The notes under the pieces: generated by a model
The model's input: only the letters and a program-made list of their open reading frames with translations
Told to the model about the DNA's origin: nothing
Database searches by the model: none
Translations under genes and position numbers: made by a program
In this document: piece after piece, positions 1 through 14,670 of the stretch
Layout of the letters: each line of letters opens with the position of its first letter
How positions within the stretch are numbered: position 1 is the first letter of the stretch
From: Rhizophagus irregularis
Taxonomy: Eukaryota
Length of the DNA: 64,000 bases
NCBI RefSeq assembly: GCF_026210795.1
Contig: NC_089435.1
Span: forward strand, 1,054,001-1,118,000
Direction of reading: 5' to 3'

Positions 1-1
1 T

Positions 2-481
2 TCATGGATTGATAAAAAAGATTCTTCACATTATAATAGAAAAAATATTCCTTGTGACTTTAAATTATTATATCGTTCAAGTCAGGATGGGAATGATACT
101 TTATCTTTTCATAGAAATTGTGACAATAAAGGAGCTACTATTTGGATTGCAAAAATTAAAAATTCTACACAATTAATTGGTGGGTATAATCCACTTGATT
201 GGGATCAAAGTAACAGTTGGAAAACTACAGCAGATAGTTTTTTATTTAATTTTACAAATGGAAGAGATATTTCTACTTCAAAAAGAAGTTATGTTAGTAT
301 ACAGAATTATGCTGTTTTTTGTGGCCCTAGGTATGGACCAACTATGGGTAATTTATTCTGTGAAAATAATGTTTGGTCTTATAATAATGGTTATGATAAT
401 GGAAATCGTTATCCTAAAATAGGAATCCCAGCAAATTTTGAAGTAGAAGATTATGAAGTATTTCAAGTAATTAAAAAATAA
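2..481 (+). CDS. 3' part of a TLDc-domain protein (probably BTB-BACK-TLDc); 5' end lies outside the window
   Basis: Open frame from base 2: SWIDKKDSSHYNRKNIPCDFKLLYRSSQDG...FHRNCDNKGATIWIAK...IGGYNPLDW...FEVEDYEVFQVIKK* (TAA 479-481). It has the same TLDc motifs as the genes at 42520 and 59420. Confidence 0.9.
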   Translation, partial: SWIDKKDSSHYNRKNIPCDFKLLYRSSQDGNDTLSFHRNCDNKGATIWIAKIKNSTQLIGGYNPLDWDQSNSWKTTADSFLFNFTNGRDISTSKRSYVSIQNYAVFCGPRYGPTMGNLFCENNVWSYNNGYDNGNRYPKIGIPANFEVEDYEVFQVIKK

Positions 482-1409
482 AATAAAAAATTTAATTAAT
501 AAATGTATTTAGAATTTTTTTTCATTTTCTAGTACCATTTTTTGTTTATTTAAGCAAGATTTATATTCAATTTGAATTTATGAAAATAATTAAGTTCATA
601 ATAATAAAATGTATATATTATTATTTGGCACTCTTTATACAGATTTTAAGTGAGCAATATTTAATACTGTACTCAAATTACTAATACTCTATATTGATTT
701 CCGAAGGTACTTTTATTTTTTAATGAATAATATACTAATTAAATATTTTAATGAAATTATTAAAACAACTCAAAAATTTTGAATTGTAATGAAGAGAATT
801 CAAAATTATTAATTTTGTTAAGAAGTACCTTCCCTTTAATTGATGCCAGAATAGCTACATAGCTTGAAGAAAATCTTAAAATACTTGAATATAAATATTA
901 TTACAAAAAGAAGAGAAGTGATTTAATGAAGTAACTAAGCAAACTGAAATTCAATTCCTTACTCAAATAAATGTTTACATTTTTGATAAATCATATCTCA
1001 AAAAAAATGTTGAAATGCCTAATAAATTTGAGCCTATATTACAAGTACATATAATTTTGAAAGATAATGACGGAATTTTAATTTTCACTTTTTCTTGATG
1101 ATTTGTTCATAATTTATCGTTGATATAAAGAATGAATACATTAAAATTATTATTGTATTTAGAATCAATAATACTAAGTTCTGAATTTACTTAGCGAATA
1201 TCTGGTCATTTATCTGGTTCGTATATCCAACATTTAATATTCGAATAAACAATAAGAAAAAATTATACTAGATCAGAAAGTATTGATTGCCTTTTAATAC
1301 TAATAAAATAATGTTTCTATTCGACATTTTTTTTGTAAGAAAATTTTTTTAAAAAAGGCCAATCATCCTGTCCAAAAATTCTAGGAACTTTTTGGCCGAG
1401 AAATTTGAA

Positions 1410-2400
1410 AACTAATAGGCGACGTCTACCAAACTAGCCTCAAACGGTTCATAAAGGAACAGTTGGTGATGTTGAAATGCGTCGAAAAATGAACTACTTT
1501 TGAACTCTTCCACCTTTTTTTTTTGTGGTTTCTTGGGAATTTTTCGTCGCAAATTTTTTCGGTCAGCGCAGCAAAAATTTAGCACGCGGCTGGATTCTAA
1601 AAGTAGTAACGGACAATTTAGCGAGAAGCGAGGTGATTTACTGTAAACAAAAATTGCGGCAACAAATTTACCCGAAGCTGGGGCCATGTCCGCAGCAAAT
1701 CACGTGGTCTGTGCGAAAGTACCTTATTCTCCGTGTTCGCACGAAAAAAATTTTCGATAAAAAAGTAAAAGGTTTCTTGATGGATCTCCTGTGGAATTTG
1801 AGGAATTGGGCTGGACAAGTGTACCGCAGAACCAACCGAGCTGCTACGTCGGACGACTTGCTTTATGCTTCGCGTTCAACTGGAGTTACGGCTAGTTTAG
1901 TTTCTTGGGAATACATACTAACGTTTTGTTTTGTAGGTTGTTGGTACTTGGCGTTGGAAAGGAGGTGTTCCTATTCTTTTTTTCTGAACAAGTGATAAGC
2001 TTAGCTTCTTTGTTTAGGTTAGGGCACATTTCCGTATAATGGCGTACCCACGTTGTTGTTTGCGATTAGAATCATTAGATAGATTAGGATATGCCAAGGG
2101 CTTCTAGATTTGTAGGAGGGCACGGTAGGTATGGGCTTACCATTGCACGCGTAGCAAAAGCCATGGAAATCCCTAGATAGTTGATGAGGAGTAAGAAGAG
2201 AAGAAATTGAGTAATTGGGAAAGTGTTTGGGATTAGATTTACTGATTTAGTGATGTTTTATTTTGGATAAATCGGTTTGTTATAGGGTCATATTATGTTA
2301 GTATGAGTGTCTCTATGTATTTCTGTAAATTAAATAGTAGGTTCTATCCTAAAGTTTAATAAAGAAATGCGTTGCAAATCAAAAAAAAAATAAAATAAAA
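1410..2400 (+). mobile_element. GC-richer interspersed segment ending in AATAAA plus an A-rich tail; possible non-autonomous retroposed element
   Basis: Compositional shift from the flanks, AATAAAG near 2358, A-run from 2381, and internal TTTTGTAG-type acceptor sites. No RT or endonuclease motif and no TSD found. Confidence 0.3.
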
Positions 2401-5400
2401 TTTAAAAAAAATCATTATTGCCTTTTTATTTACATATTTATCAATATGGCTTCATTTTTTTCAAACACTAGGAAAAATTACGGTAACATTTTGCGTACGA
2501 TCTAATACACAAATTATAAAATTTTTTGCAGTATCTAAAAACATTATATGAGTGTTGACTTTGAAACAATAATTCTTATGATAAAGTTCACATTTCAGTT
2601 AATTATTTTAATAATTCCAATAATTCAGCAATGTTTAATTGCATATATTAAGACTGTAAAATATTCTTTATTATAATGTTCCCTGTAAGTCTATAACTTA
2701 TATATTTGAAATATCATAATAGATAACTTTTTTGTCCTATGAGATAATTCAATTGATTGATTATCTTTTTGTTTAGATTATATGTAAGTCATTTTGTCTG
2801 ATGACAAATGTTAATTAAGAATTCCGAAAAAATAAAATAAAGTCAATCGGAATAATCCCTCTAATTCTTTCTTTTTTTCCATATGGAGTATATTATGATT
2901 TATGATTATGATAGTGAATGAGAAATGAATACCATAAATACTATATATCAATGATTTATTTATTAATTATGATGTGATTTTTTATTTTTTTTTCTTTTAA
3001 TTTTTTTCGTTTTACGTACGTGTAAAATGTAAACATCTTACGTAAACCGTAAATGAAATTTATTTTTTCAATGATCATCACTATTTTTTTTTTTTTGTCA
3101 TTTTTGGTTAGTCTTTCACTTTTTTACTTTTTACTCCTTTCCGTATATGTACTATTCATTTTTTTATTTTTTTATTTTTATTTTATTATTTTCTGTTGTA
3201 TGACATAATAAAAAATAAAATAAATTTATGATGTTTCCATTACGTTACCCTAAAAGTAATTTAAAGTATAACAAAATCATAACATTTTTTTTTTCCTTAT
3301 TAAAAATAAAAATAATAAAATAAAATAATTAGTTCTTCTAAAGATTAAATTTCAACAATATAATTAAATGTTAGAATAAAATTTTTTTTTAAAAAAAAAC
3401 ATTTTAAAAATATATTAATTTCAACCCGTTTACCGATCGACAACGGGTGCATGTGATTATGTGATCGAGACAGTAAAATGTTTTCGCTCTTAAGTATGAC
3501 GTATGCCGTACAATATCTATATTATCGTACGCTTGTATGCAAATAAACTATTGATATCAATATTTTACGGTAATAAAAAGATCGGTCAAATAAAATCAGC
3601 ATTATCCTATAGGGCTGTGCGATAATTATAATTTATTTATCATTATATTTATTAAAAATACCTTTGATGCATTTTATATTAAAATATTTCCAATATTACG
3701 TACATAATATTACCATGTAAATTACCTGCAATATCTTTTTTTTATATAAATTTTGAAATATGAAAAATTCAAAATGCACGTGACCAATAATGCTGGCCAG
3801 AACAATTATAGTGTCGGGCATTGGTCAAAGTCATAATTTTGGCCCGCACTAGGATAATTTTACCAACACTTCGATCACTCTATGGTGATCGATTACGATG
3901 CAACAATTTATATATATATATATATTCAATATATTAACTTGCTGCCCGTATAAAAACTGACTGCTTTTAAAAGCATAAAGCATAAGTCTTAAAGATTTAG
4001 GTGTATATTTATAGGTGTCATTGGAATTATTTCTGCGGTTAATTACAACATGTGCCGTAATTGTATAATTGTATAAAATGCCGTAAATTCTTGAATTTCC
4101 TGGTAAAAATGTGAGAATTTTTTCAAAATTTATTTTTTAGGAGTGACATTAATTATTTTTGTCTAAGAAATAGCACTTTCAGACTGAGTTTATGATAAAT
4201 GGAAGGAAATTTTATTTCAGTAACATTATTAACTTATTATTATTTTAAAAACTAAAAAAGAAGAATTAAACATTTTCCAGAAAGTCTTAAGCCCTCCGGG
4301 ATCATTGTTATTCTGAAATACGATTCTTAATTATTGTGATGGATTTGATATTGGTACAATTATAGTTATTTTATTGTGATGATTTGTATGTTTAGGGAAT
4401 TCTAACAATCGTTGTTGATTTTATTGTTACTATAGCCAATCAACAAATAGATTAACCTAAAGCGTTATGAATAATTACGGTTATATTTACTAACTATGAT
4501 GATATTTGTTTACTAAATCTTGTGAACAATGTGAACAATTTTTCTTTTTAGGAAATTGGACGAGTAAAAAATTAATAATTTATGCGAAATTAGAAGTTTC
4601 AAAAAAATTTAATTTAACGTAACACCCGGAAAATGACAATTAATCTTAAATTGTCGGCGACCTTTCGTAAAAATATGTGCATATATCATAAGTTGGAATC
4701 GGTTAATTTATTAAGGATATCCGGTTAAATTGTCGGAGGTTTTTGGGAAGATGGTACGATTTTATTAGATTGGACAGTCGCTGACAATCGCATGATACAG
4801 TATATTTAAAAGTAAGATATATGATTGATAAATATGGAGATCACACCCCGCGATGTCCACATTAATTTATTGTTATTATTGTTTAAATTTATCGATTATT
4901 TTTAGGCTGACTCAATTATAATTATCGAATAAACATCTTTTTTTAAAAAAAAAACAAAATAAAAATCAAGATTATTTTTATCAAATAATTATGTTATTAT
5001 AAAATTTTCTATATTAAGAAAATGATTAGTCTTATTATACATACTTATGCATTAGACATTTATAGATCATCTTTATGATTGTATAATGCAGGAAAAATCA
5101 ATTTCGCATAAAATGTCCACAAGAAACTTTTTTTTTTGCGAATAAAATCGACTTTTATTGAAGGTATAAGCGGTGATCTCACTTGATATAATGAAATTAC
5201 TTCGATTAAGACACAATTAAAGGTTAAATGTAATTCCGGTGATGCATGGTATATCACATGTGATAAGTAACCGGAAAACTTTCATTTAAAAATTACTTTC
5301 AAAAACATTTTTTGGGGGAGGATGGAGGGTTTTTTTTTTGATTCAAACCATTCATTAAAATGTAGATCATTCATCTACTACGCCTTATCAAAAAAGGGGA

Positions 5401-6743
5401 GGCTTTGTGTGATTAATTTGGTTTTCATCATACCTAAAAGAGTTTGGACTCGGGAACGCAAAAACACGGCTTTTACCGTTAATACTTTCATTCATTAGCG
5501 CTCATGCCCGTTCACCGAGTGCTAACGCAAACAACATAAATATTGGAGCATAATGAGTTATATTGAAATTAATTAATATAACGTTAATTAGTTACACAGT
5601 TACACAAAATTGTCATCATTAAAAAATATCTAAGACACTATGATCTATTAAAAATCATATCAAAGTCAGGGATCGATATAGTGATCAAAATTATACGTCA
5701 GTTTTTTTTAATTAGGAATTTTCTTATAAAAACATCAGAATATTTTTCAACTTCTCGTTATCAAAAATAATAAAAAAAAATCCATAAAAATGTGAAAAAT
5801 GATCGACGTGCCGTTATTTGAGAACCACCTTCTTCAAACAAAGAAGTCTTACTACTGTCTTATACTTGATCATTTTGGACTCGGATGCTTGCATTTTATC
5901 AAAATCATTTATAATCAACTTTAAATTATTATGATGCGCGTTACTGACGATATATCCGAAAAAGGGACGAAATGAGCAATTTTCACTCCGAAATTGGAAG
6001 TGATAGTCCTTTCAAGTAAGAACTTTAACGACACATCGACAATAAACTTTTGAATAATTCTGCAACCTGTATCTTTTATATAAATAAATGGTCACTCTTT
6101 TTAGAATAATTTATATGAACATTTTGTGAATGTACCTTCAAGGTGAAGGCTTTAATGAATATTATAAATTTTATATTATTACAAATTTTTTTTTTAAGTT
6201 ACAATGTGCTTATCCCGACTAAAAAAAGGTTGCACAATTAGTTCCTTTTTTTATATTCTATCATAATATTCATTTTATTTTTTTTTCTTGCTAAAAAAAA
6301 AGTGGTTAATAATAGTGATACACATTTTTAAATAATACTTATGAAATTATGAAAAACAATTATTTTTTATTTACTCTCTACCTTTTGTAACAAAATATTT
6401 GAAAATTAAGAAAATACAAATACAAATTTTTAAGATAGATATATATTTAGAGAAATCTTATAAAACTTAAATTTTATTAATAATGATAGATATATGTTTA
6501 AAATTCGAAAAATTTTACGTTATACACACAATAAATAATAAAGTATTATTAAACATAATATTCTTAAAAAAAGACTTATTCTTATATGGTAATAGTGATT
6601 GTGAAGTGAAATATTGAAAGGATCTTCGTAAAACCATACCTAAAGGTAACAGTAAAAGGTTAATATTGAATACTTTATGAGAGAACCTTTAATAAAATTT
6701 CACTCCGTTAAACATACCTAAATAGTGAAATAAATGGCGTTTA

Positions 6744-7226
6744 TTATTGAAAGGAACTTTCGTAAACCATACCTAAATGTAATAATGAAACAAATGGTGT
6801 TTTAATACTTTAACGAAAGCTCGAGACGTGAAAGAATATTTTGTAAATCATACCTAAAGGTAAAATCAAAGATTCTATACTCTTATCTTTATCTTCATGA
6901 AAATTTGTTCCGTTTAAAAAATCATTTCCTAAAGTGGTATTTGCGGTTTGTGGCGTATTTATTCGAACTATTGACTCTATATTGGCAGAATTCCGAATCC
7001 TATTTATGTTATCTGCGAGATTCTTAAGATACTCTTGTTGTGACGTTGTTAAATGCGCCCAAATTTCGTCAACATTAATTGTACAATGTTGATTATCCAA
7101 TAGCAATTTACGTTCTAAGCTCGGTTTAAGTAAATCTTTTCCAGTTAATATTTGAACAATTGCACCATCTCTTGCTCTATTAGCAAGATTTTGTATTTGT
7201 TCACTAGTAGGAAAAAATTGATTCAT
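6744..7226 (-). CDS. Small lineage-specific protein, possibly a degenerate HMG-box family member; 2 exons (7226-6854, 6772-6744)
   Basis: ATG at 7226 gives MNQFFPTSEQIQ...IWAHLTTSQQEYLKNLADNIN (HMG helix-3-like W..L....Y..LA pattern)...ESLILPL. A GTATG...TTTAG intron at 6853-6773 is followed by GMVYESSFQ*. Confidence 0.65.
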
Positions 7227-7680
7227 ATTGCTATATTTTTTTTTTTGAGAGAATTTTTCGCGCATTTTATATTTTTTTTGAATATGATACAATGATTTAT
7301 TAATAAAAAATAAAATATGACAAGCAAACGGGAAGATGCCGGCATTATACTAAAGATTTGTTAATGAAATTGACGTAATTATAGCACTCTTATTACTAAA
7401 TTGGTTAAATAATCAAAAGGGAACATCCGAGAGAAAGTTCTCAGAATTAATTATTTTAGAAATCATATGAAATAATTAGCCCGATGCGTAGTTAATTGTG
7501 TAATTTTATAATAATTATGGATAAAGTTAATGACGTATCTTATCATCCTATCATCCTGCTGAGATATAAGGATATAAGACGCGTAGTTAATTGTGTACTC
7601 AATATCACATGGTGATAAAGTCATAGTATCATGTGAGTGGCGCGGTTAAACTCAACATAAATATACACGCTTTGTTCACT

Positions 7681-8183
7681 TTATTTTTCCAAATTTCTAT
7701 GCGTCCAATGTACAAATAATATCAAATACTAATTTTTTAATTGACTTACATATTCTAGCTAATCCTTCTAAAATACTCTGGTCAATTTTATGTAAATAGA
7801 AAAATGAGTAAACTTTGTATTCTTGTTAATAAATAATTTTAATATCTCATTTCTTATGATAGACACGTTGGGATTTCTTTTAATAAGCACGTTGGGCGGT
7901 TCAGTAATAGCCTAAATATCTCCAGAAGTTAATAATGTAATTAATTAAACAAAGGATGTTGATATGTTTCCGTATAAATTTTTTGACTCTTTAAATATTC
8001 TCTTAATTCTACATAAAGAATGTACATACTGCTTTTTCAGATAGATAATTAAGATTATTAATTCGTATAGGATTTTTCCATAAAATTGGCACTGCTGTTA
8101 CATACTAAGTAAAGGATATATTTTTTGTCATCTTTTAATTCATCAAATATTGAATAAAACACGTCTTTGTATAAATACACCAT
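7681..8183 (-). pseudogene. Degraded, truncated F-box/LRR-like gene
   Basis: MVYLYKDVFYSIFDELKDDKK..., then after a frameshift TAVPILWKNP, and later DQSILEGLARICKSI. Similar to the N-terminus of the 45977 F-box gene, with frameshifts. Confidence 0.7.
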
Positions 8184-9105
8184 TGTTCTTAAAAAAGGTC
8201 GGAAAAGCTCTTATTTTTTTTATTCATATTAAACGCGGACGATGTATTATGCCAAATATTATATAATATATAGTCTGAGCACAATTATTTGTACTTTTTA
8301 ACAAATTTATAATTAAAACATAAATGTTCCGATCTCACGTTCTGTTTCACCAAACAGAGGTGATTCTTTACATATTTGTCAGTTCTAATTCAACACTGAC
8401 GTTCGGTACTATATTTTTAAACATCGCTCATAAATTGCAACAGACATATAATAGAAAAATGTGAAAATAATTATTCGGTAATGACTTACCATTAATTTAA
8501 AGGATTTGTCTAATTCTTAGTCATAATCCTAAATTATTTAGCGATAACAGCGATAACGTCTATTATCTAGTGATCATGGGATCATTGAAATATGCAACAT
8601 GGTTCATAACGTAACATCAAGCGTATTGAATGCGAGAAGTTCTTCGCCACTATTATCTATTCTAGTACAACAGACAAAAATAATAATTATATGAACTTAT
8701 GAGGACAACTATAATATAAATTTACAACTTTTTATTACATACTGAAAAGAATATTAAAATTTGTTGATAAATATGGAGTAACGATATACAAATTTTTTAA
8801 CTTCTCATTTATACTTTACAGAAGGATCCTTTAAATGGACATATAATTGTTTACTTTTAAGGCATCTCTAAATATATTTTCTGGACTGAAACAAGTAACA
8901 CTTAGAACAATTATTATTTAAATTGAGCTGTCCAATTACATACTGATTTTATTTATGTAAAGAAAGGTTTACATGTTACTCTATAATCAGTGTTGAACCA
9001 AAATTTATAATATTAAAAGTTACTATCTTAAAAAAAGAAAATTTAAAATAATTTCTCATTATAAACCAAACTAATTCTTCCAAATAATTATAAAGTTTAC
9101 CTCTA

Positions 9106-11524
9106 TTAAATTGCACAGTCCAAGCAATCAGTATTATCATCCGTGTATTTTGGAAGACTTTTTGTAAAAGGATTAAGTAATCTAGATGTATAAATGGCTT
9201 GAGGATGAGTTGACTGATTATCTTTATCCCCATCATTATTATTTAATCTATATTCTTCTGCTGCTTTGAATTGATCTTCATAAAATAACTTAATTGATTC
9301 TTCTACTTCATTAACATTTAATCTATTGGCTGGGTTTGTATCCAAACACTTTGTCATTAAATCAATATAGCACTTAGGTGCTTCTTGCTCGTTTATTTCA
9401 GGTCTAATTCCATTACATATATCTAATGCTAATAATCCATCATGTGCACGATTGGCAAATGGTTGTTTCTCAGTTGCCACAAAATACATAATCATGCCAA
9501 AGCTATATACATCTGCTGCTTCAGTATAAGTACTTCCTCTTAATACTTCAGGAGCTACATAAGGCATAACTCCATAAATATTTGTTTCATCCATATTATC
9601 AACTTCTCCACTTGATCCCATATCTGAAATATAGTTTGAAGTAACCCAATAATAAGTATCCTTAAATAATATATTCCCTGTGTGTAAATCACGATGAACC
9701 AACTGTTTTTGGTGGATTTCTTTAAGACCATTAATAATATTATTTAACACTTTTAATTTATAGGACCAATTAAAGTTTTTATAATTATTGTTTAACCAAT
9801 TATTAAAATTTCCCCCTCTTGCATGTTGAAGAACCATAATGTAATCTTTAGTATCTGGATTTTGAGATATACCAAATATTTTTAGAATTTCACCAGAATT
9901 ATCTGTATTATTTAAATTATTAATTGAGTATGCTTCAACCTAAAAAACGTAGTAGTTAATTATCATATTTAAGGAAAAGTATTCAAATTTTATATAAAGA
10001 TTTTATACCTCATTAAGAAATTTATTGGAAATATTTTGAGAATTATTTAAACATTTTAAAGCCACTGTTTTGTTTGAATCTCTTGTATATTTTTTTTTAT
10101 TCCAATATAATGGACCATCCTTCCATTTTGCTGAATATACCCTAGCAAAACCACCTTTGCCTATTTCTTTAATATCAGAGAACTGATTATATGGTATCCA
10201 TTCAAATATTATATCTTTAACATCATTAATTTTTAATTGCATTACTTGAATTAATCTATCAATTTGTTTGTTATCACTGGTCCAGTTTGTAAATTTTTTT
10301 TTCAAATAACTTTTTTGACATGCTTCACACCATTTATATTCTGTATTTACATATTTATTAGTACATTTATTACAAAAAATTTTAATATACTGTTCTTGAT
10401 TAAGGACTACAATGTAATCTTCTGTACTAGGTTTTTGTGATATTCCATATATTTGAAGATTATTATAATATGCTGTAATCTATTAAATGATGAGTATTAA
10501 TATATTATAATGTACTTAAATTAATTTATAATAAATTTATTACTTACCTCATCTAGTAATTCATTTTGTGCATTAACTAAATATTTTAAAATAACTGCCT
10601 TATTTTCTAAATTTCTTGTATATGCTTTTCCATTCCAATATAATGGACCATCCTTCCATTTTGCTGAATATATTGTATTATTTAAATCTTTAATATCGAC
10701 AATTTGATAATATGGTATCCATTCAAATATTGTATCATTATAATCATTAATTTTTAACTGTACTTCTTGAATTATATTATTAATTTGTTTATTTTCACTA
10801 GTCCAATTTGTGAAATTTACTTTTAACCAATTTATTTGGCATGGTTTACACCATTTACGCTTTGCATTTGTATAATACTTTTCACATACACAGCAATTTT
10901 CCAAATACTGATCTCCATTAAATATTATAATGTAATATTTTGTATCAGGATCTTGAGATATGCCATATACTTCAACTTTATTATAATATGCTATAATCTA
11001 TTAAAATGATAAATATCAATATATTATAATGTACTTTAAGTAAGTTTATAGAAATTTACATACCTCATCTAGTAATTCATTTGTAATATTTTGTGCATTA
11101 ACTAAATATTTTAAAATAATTGCCTTATTTTCTAAATTTCTTGTATATACTTTCCCATTCCAATATAATGGACCATCCTTCCATTTTGCTAAATATATTG
11201 TATTACTTAAATCTTTAATATCAACAATTTGATAATATGGTATCCATTCAAATATTGTATCATTATAATCATTAATTTTTAACTGTACTTCTTGAATTAT
11301 ATTATTAATTTGTTTATTTTCACTAGTCCAATTTGTGAAATTTTCTTTTAACCAATTTATTTGACATGGTTTACACCATTTACACTTTGCATTTGTATAA
11401 TACTTTTCACATTTTACACAGAAATTTTCCAAATACTGATCTCCACTAAATACTATAATGTAATCTTTTGTACTAGGATTTTGTGATATTCCATATATTT
11501 GTAGTATATTATAATATTCTATAA
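9106..11524 (-). CDS. 3' half of the modular TKL-like protein kinase: modules 5-7 plus catalytic exon (11524-11064, 10997-10548, 10479-10009, 9939-9106); frame open but no native start at its 5' end
   Basis: Phase-0 GT-AG introns join the exons in frame. GKGGFARVY loop and VALKCL lysine in module 7; HRDLHTGN, SDMG, GVMPYVAPE and DVYSFG in the last exon. Confidence 0.85.
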
Positions 11525-13280
11525 CTAGGGTAATTTGGTATTGTTAGTGAGTTATAATATAATTATTGCATTATTCAGTAATTATTTATATATATTTTAA
11601 GTAATATAATAGGGTTTATATTAAAAAGTTGATTTGTATTTTGTATATTTATCAAATAATAAATTTTATGGTTTATTTTGAGTTTATTAGTTTTATTAAA
11701 GAAATATTATATTTAATGATCAAAATGAATTAATCCTGTAACATGTTAAATGGTAATAATATAAAGATAAATATAAATATAATAGTTTGTATTGATTTTA
11801 ATAAAATATTAGATATGATGATAATGTTAAGTATACGTCAAGGTTGCATGGGATGATCTCCCTCCTGAATATTATCGAAAATTAATTGATAGTATGCCTA
11901 AAGGGTCAATGCTGTTATTTTCGCGAATGGATATAGAATTAATTATTAAATTTTTGTAAAATTCAATAAAGGAAGGCGTAATGAACATGTTAAATTTTTA
12001 TTTTCATTTTATAAAACATATAAAAATTTTTTAATTTTGAAAAGTGGCCGGATCATTTAGGCCACCATCTGTATGTAACATGATCTGTCCATGTTATTTG
12101 ATTGGCGGTCGGGTCATATTATACACAATTCTTTATTGCTAATATAATTTTCCGGTTAATGAAATTTTAATCACTTTTTTTACAAAAAAACTTAGTTTGT
12201 ATTAATAATAATTTTTCTATTCCCATCCTCTTGGAATGAATGATGCAGCTATCCAGTTATTTTCAGATTTTGTAATTACAAATTTTTTTTAAATGAATAT
12301 TATTCCTTTTTCAGTCAAAGCCAATTTTTTTTCCATCATTGTAATTCTTTTATTTATTTAGTGTTTTTAATAATTTTTTTATCACTATAAAAATTTGTTT
12401 TTAAATTTTCTATTAATAAAATAGTGGCAAAAAAAAAAAATAATAAAAATTGATATGAAAATATAGAAACATAATATGGACGAAATTATATTTATTTTGT
12501 AAAAGATATTTTGCGATGTGATTTTAACATGATTTATATAAAGAAAAAAACTCCATTAATCCATTTATATTTTGAAACAATAAATGATATATCTTTTTTT
12601 TATACTGTATATTCATACTGTATGCTTATAAAAAAATAAAATCTCCATATTTTTTAATATTCCACATTTTAAAGTACTTAATTAAATTCATATATTTATT
12701 ATTAAATTCAAATAATAGAATAGCATCTGTTTTTTAATACTAATATATTTCATTAATTTATAATGTTTCATACATTGCATTTATTTATTAAGTTTCATTT
12801 ATTCACATTTATTGTTAACCTTTTGTATACATGCAATTTACTTTATATATACTGCCTATTATCAGAATAAGTATGTTAATTATGTAATCATTTATGAACT
12901 TAATAAATAAACGCGTTAAAAAAAGAATCAGAATAAGTAAAAATTGGCAAAAAATCAGATAGCCAATTTTTGGCTACATCTGTCCAATTTGTGACTTTTA
13001 CAGCCGATTTCATAGATCGTTAGTGTATTACCAATATAAAAATGTAGATTCCATAATCCATATACAATTTTTTTGTATGGTAAAAAATAAAGAAAAATTT
13101 ATATTGTAATATTAAATTTAATTTTAAATAATAATGCTTTATTAAGTAATATTAAATAAAAATTTAAATTTTAAAAATAAATTAAAGAATGTAAATTTAT
13201 TTGCAATTCAGTATAGTATGATCATAAAAAATATAAATTACTCCACTGCATTTTCATAAAAATTGGATTTTGATTGCTAA

Positions 13281-13875
13281 ACAACTTTTAATTAATATAA
13301 GAAGTCAATTTACTTTGACTAAAATGCTCAAAATACGCTCTGAAGTGACAAAACAGAAAAAATAAAATTCGTGAATGAGTATCGTTGTGAAAAACGTGAA
13401 TAACCCTTCAAGTATTAACTGTACCTTCATGAAAACTAATATTCAAACAGATTATAACTCGCTGAACAACTTTCAATTAATATAAGAAGTCGATTTACTT
13501 TGACTAAAGTGCTCAAAATACGCTCTAAAGTGACAAAACGGAAAAAATAAAATTCGTGAATGAGTACCGTTGTGAAAAACGTGAATAACTCTTCAAGTAT
13601 TAACTGTACCTTCATGAAAATTAATATCCAAACAGATTTTGACCCGCCAAAAAACTTTCAATTAATATAAGAAGTCGATTTACTTTGACTAAACTGCCCA
13701 AAATACGCTCTGAAGGTAAAAAAAATTTGTAACTTAGTACTATCATGTAAAAATGTAAATAACTCCAAAAATATTAACTGTGCTTTCATGTAGATTAATA
13801 TCTTAACAGCTTCAAACTTGCTGAACTACTTTTAATTAAAGAGCAAGATTTACTTTGGCCAAAATGCTCAAACCA
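13281..13875. repeat. About 185-bp tandem repeat, roughly 3.3 copies, inside the insertion
   Basis: The unit caactttcaattaatataagaagtcgatttactttgactaaa...aagtattaactgtaccttcatg recurs near 13281, 13466, 13651 and partially at 13823. Confidence 0.9.
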
Positions 13876-14670
13876 TAATTTGAAATATGTGTAAACAAAC
13901 TATAATATTTGTTTATATTTAAATTCTGAGTTATTTAATTTAAATATGTTTGTGTTTATATTTAAGGGAAAAAAATAAAATTTTACTTCTATTTTATTAG
14001 GTTTTTGTAAATGAAAAGACAAAAAAATAATCAGCTGAAAAAATAAAAAAATTCTTTGTTAATAACCGTAATACATGATCACATGTTGCAATATTAAAAT
14101 CGGAAATCCTATATTTAAATTGGTAATATGTATTACATATATGACCGATAGGCCAAATTATATCTCCTGCTATTAAAAGTTTTTCTAATTTGAAAAATGC
14201 AAATCTTTCTGAATTACTCAAATTTTCAAATCTGTTTATTATAGTATAATCAATAGTTAATTTTCACTGCAAAATCTCCTAGGAATGGATAAATAAATAC
14301 ATATAAAATTTACTACCCAGTAAGGTTTTTTTGGATGGTTCTAACCTTTACTTATTATTTATTTTATTTATTTTATTTTTTTTATAGAGAGAAATTGTCA
14401 TAATACATGTATTATTTTAAAATTAACATTTTAAAAATTAAATTGAAAAACTATAATTTATTAATTAACAATAAAATGTTTTTTGTTAAAATTATTTAAA
14501 AATTTTTTAAATTATAGCGAAAATGCTACAACAGTAAATAATATTATAATAGCGAAATTGATCAGCAAACAAATGAAAACATGCAAATATTGAATGATGT
14601 CTCAATTTAACAGGTATTTTCAGTGGCACAGGAAGAGTTTTTGCGAAAAGTTGGCATTAGAAGTTTTTTT

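Noticed and set aside
177..422. 81-aa ORF in the track
   Set aside because: Off-frame overlap of the real TLDc frame (2-481).
1525..1995. 156-aa ORF
   Set aside because: Non-ATG start and no recognisable motif; it lies in a GC-richer repeat-like segment where ORFs arise by chance.
4500..4580. CEQCEQ...GNWTSK resembling a kinase N-terminal relic
   Set aside because: Too short and degraded to support.
13281..13875. Possible CRISPR-like or spacer array
   Set aside because: The whole unit is repeated with no unique spacers, in eukaryotic context; it is an ordinary tandem repeat.
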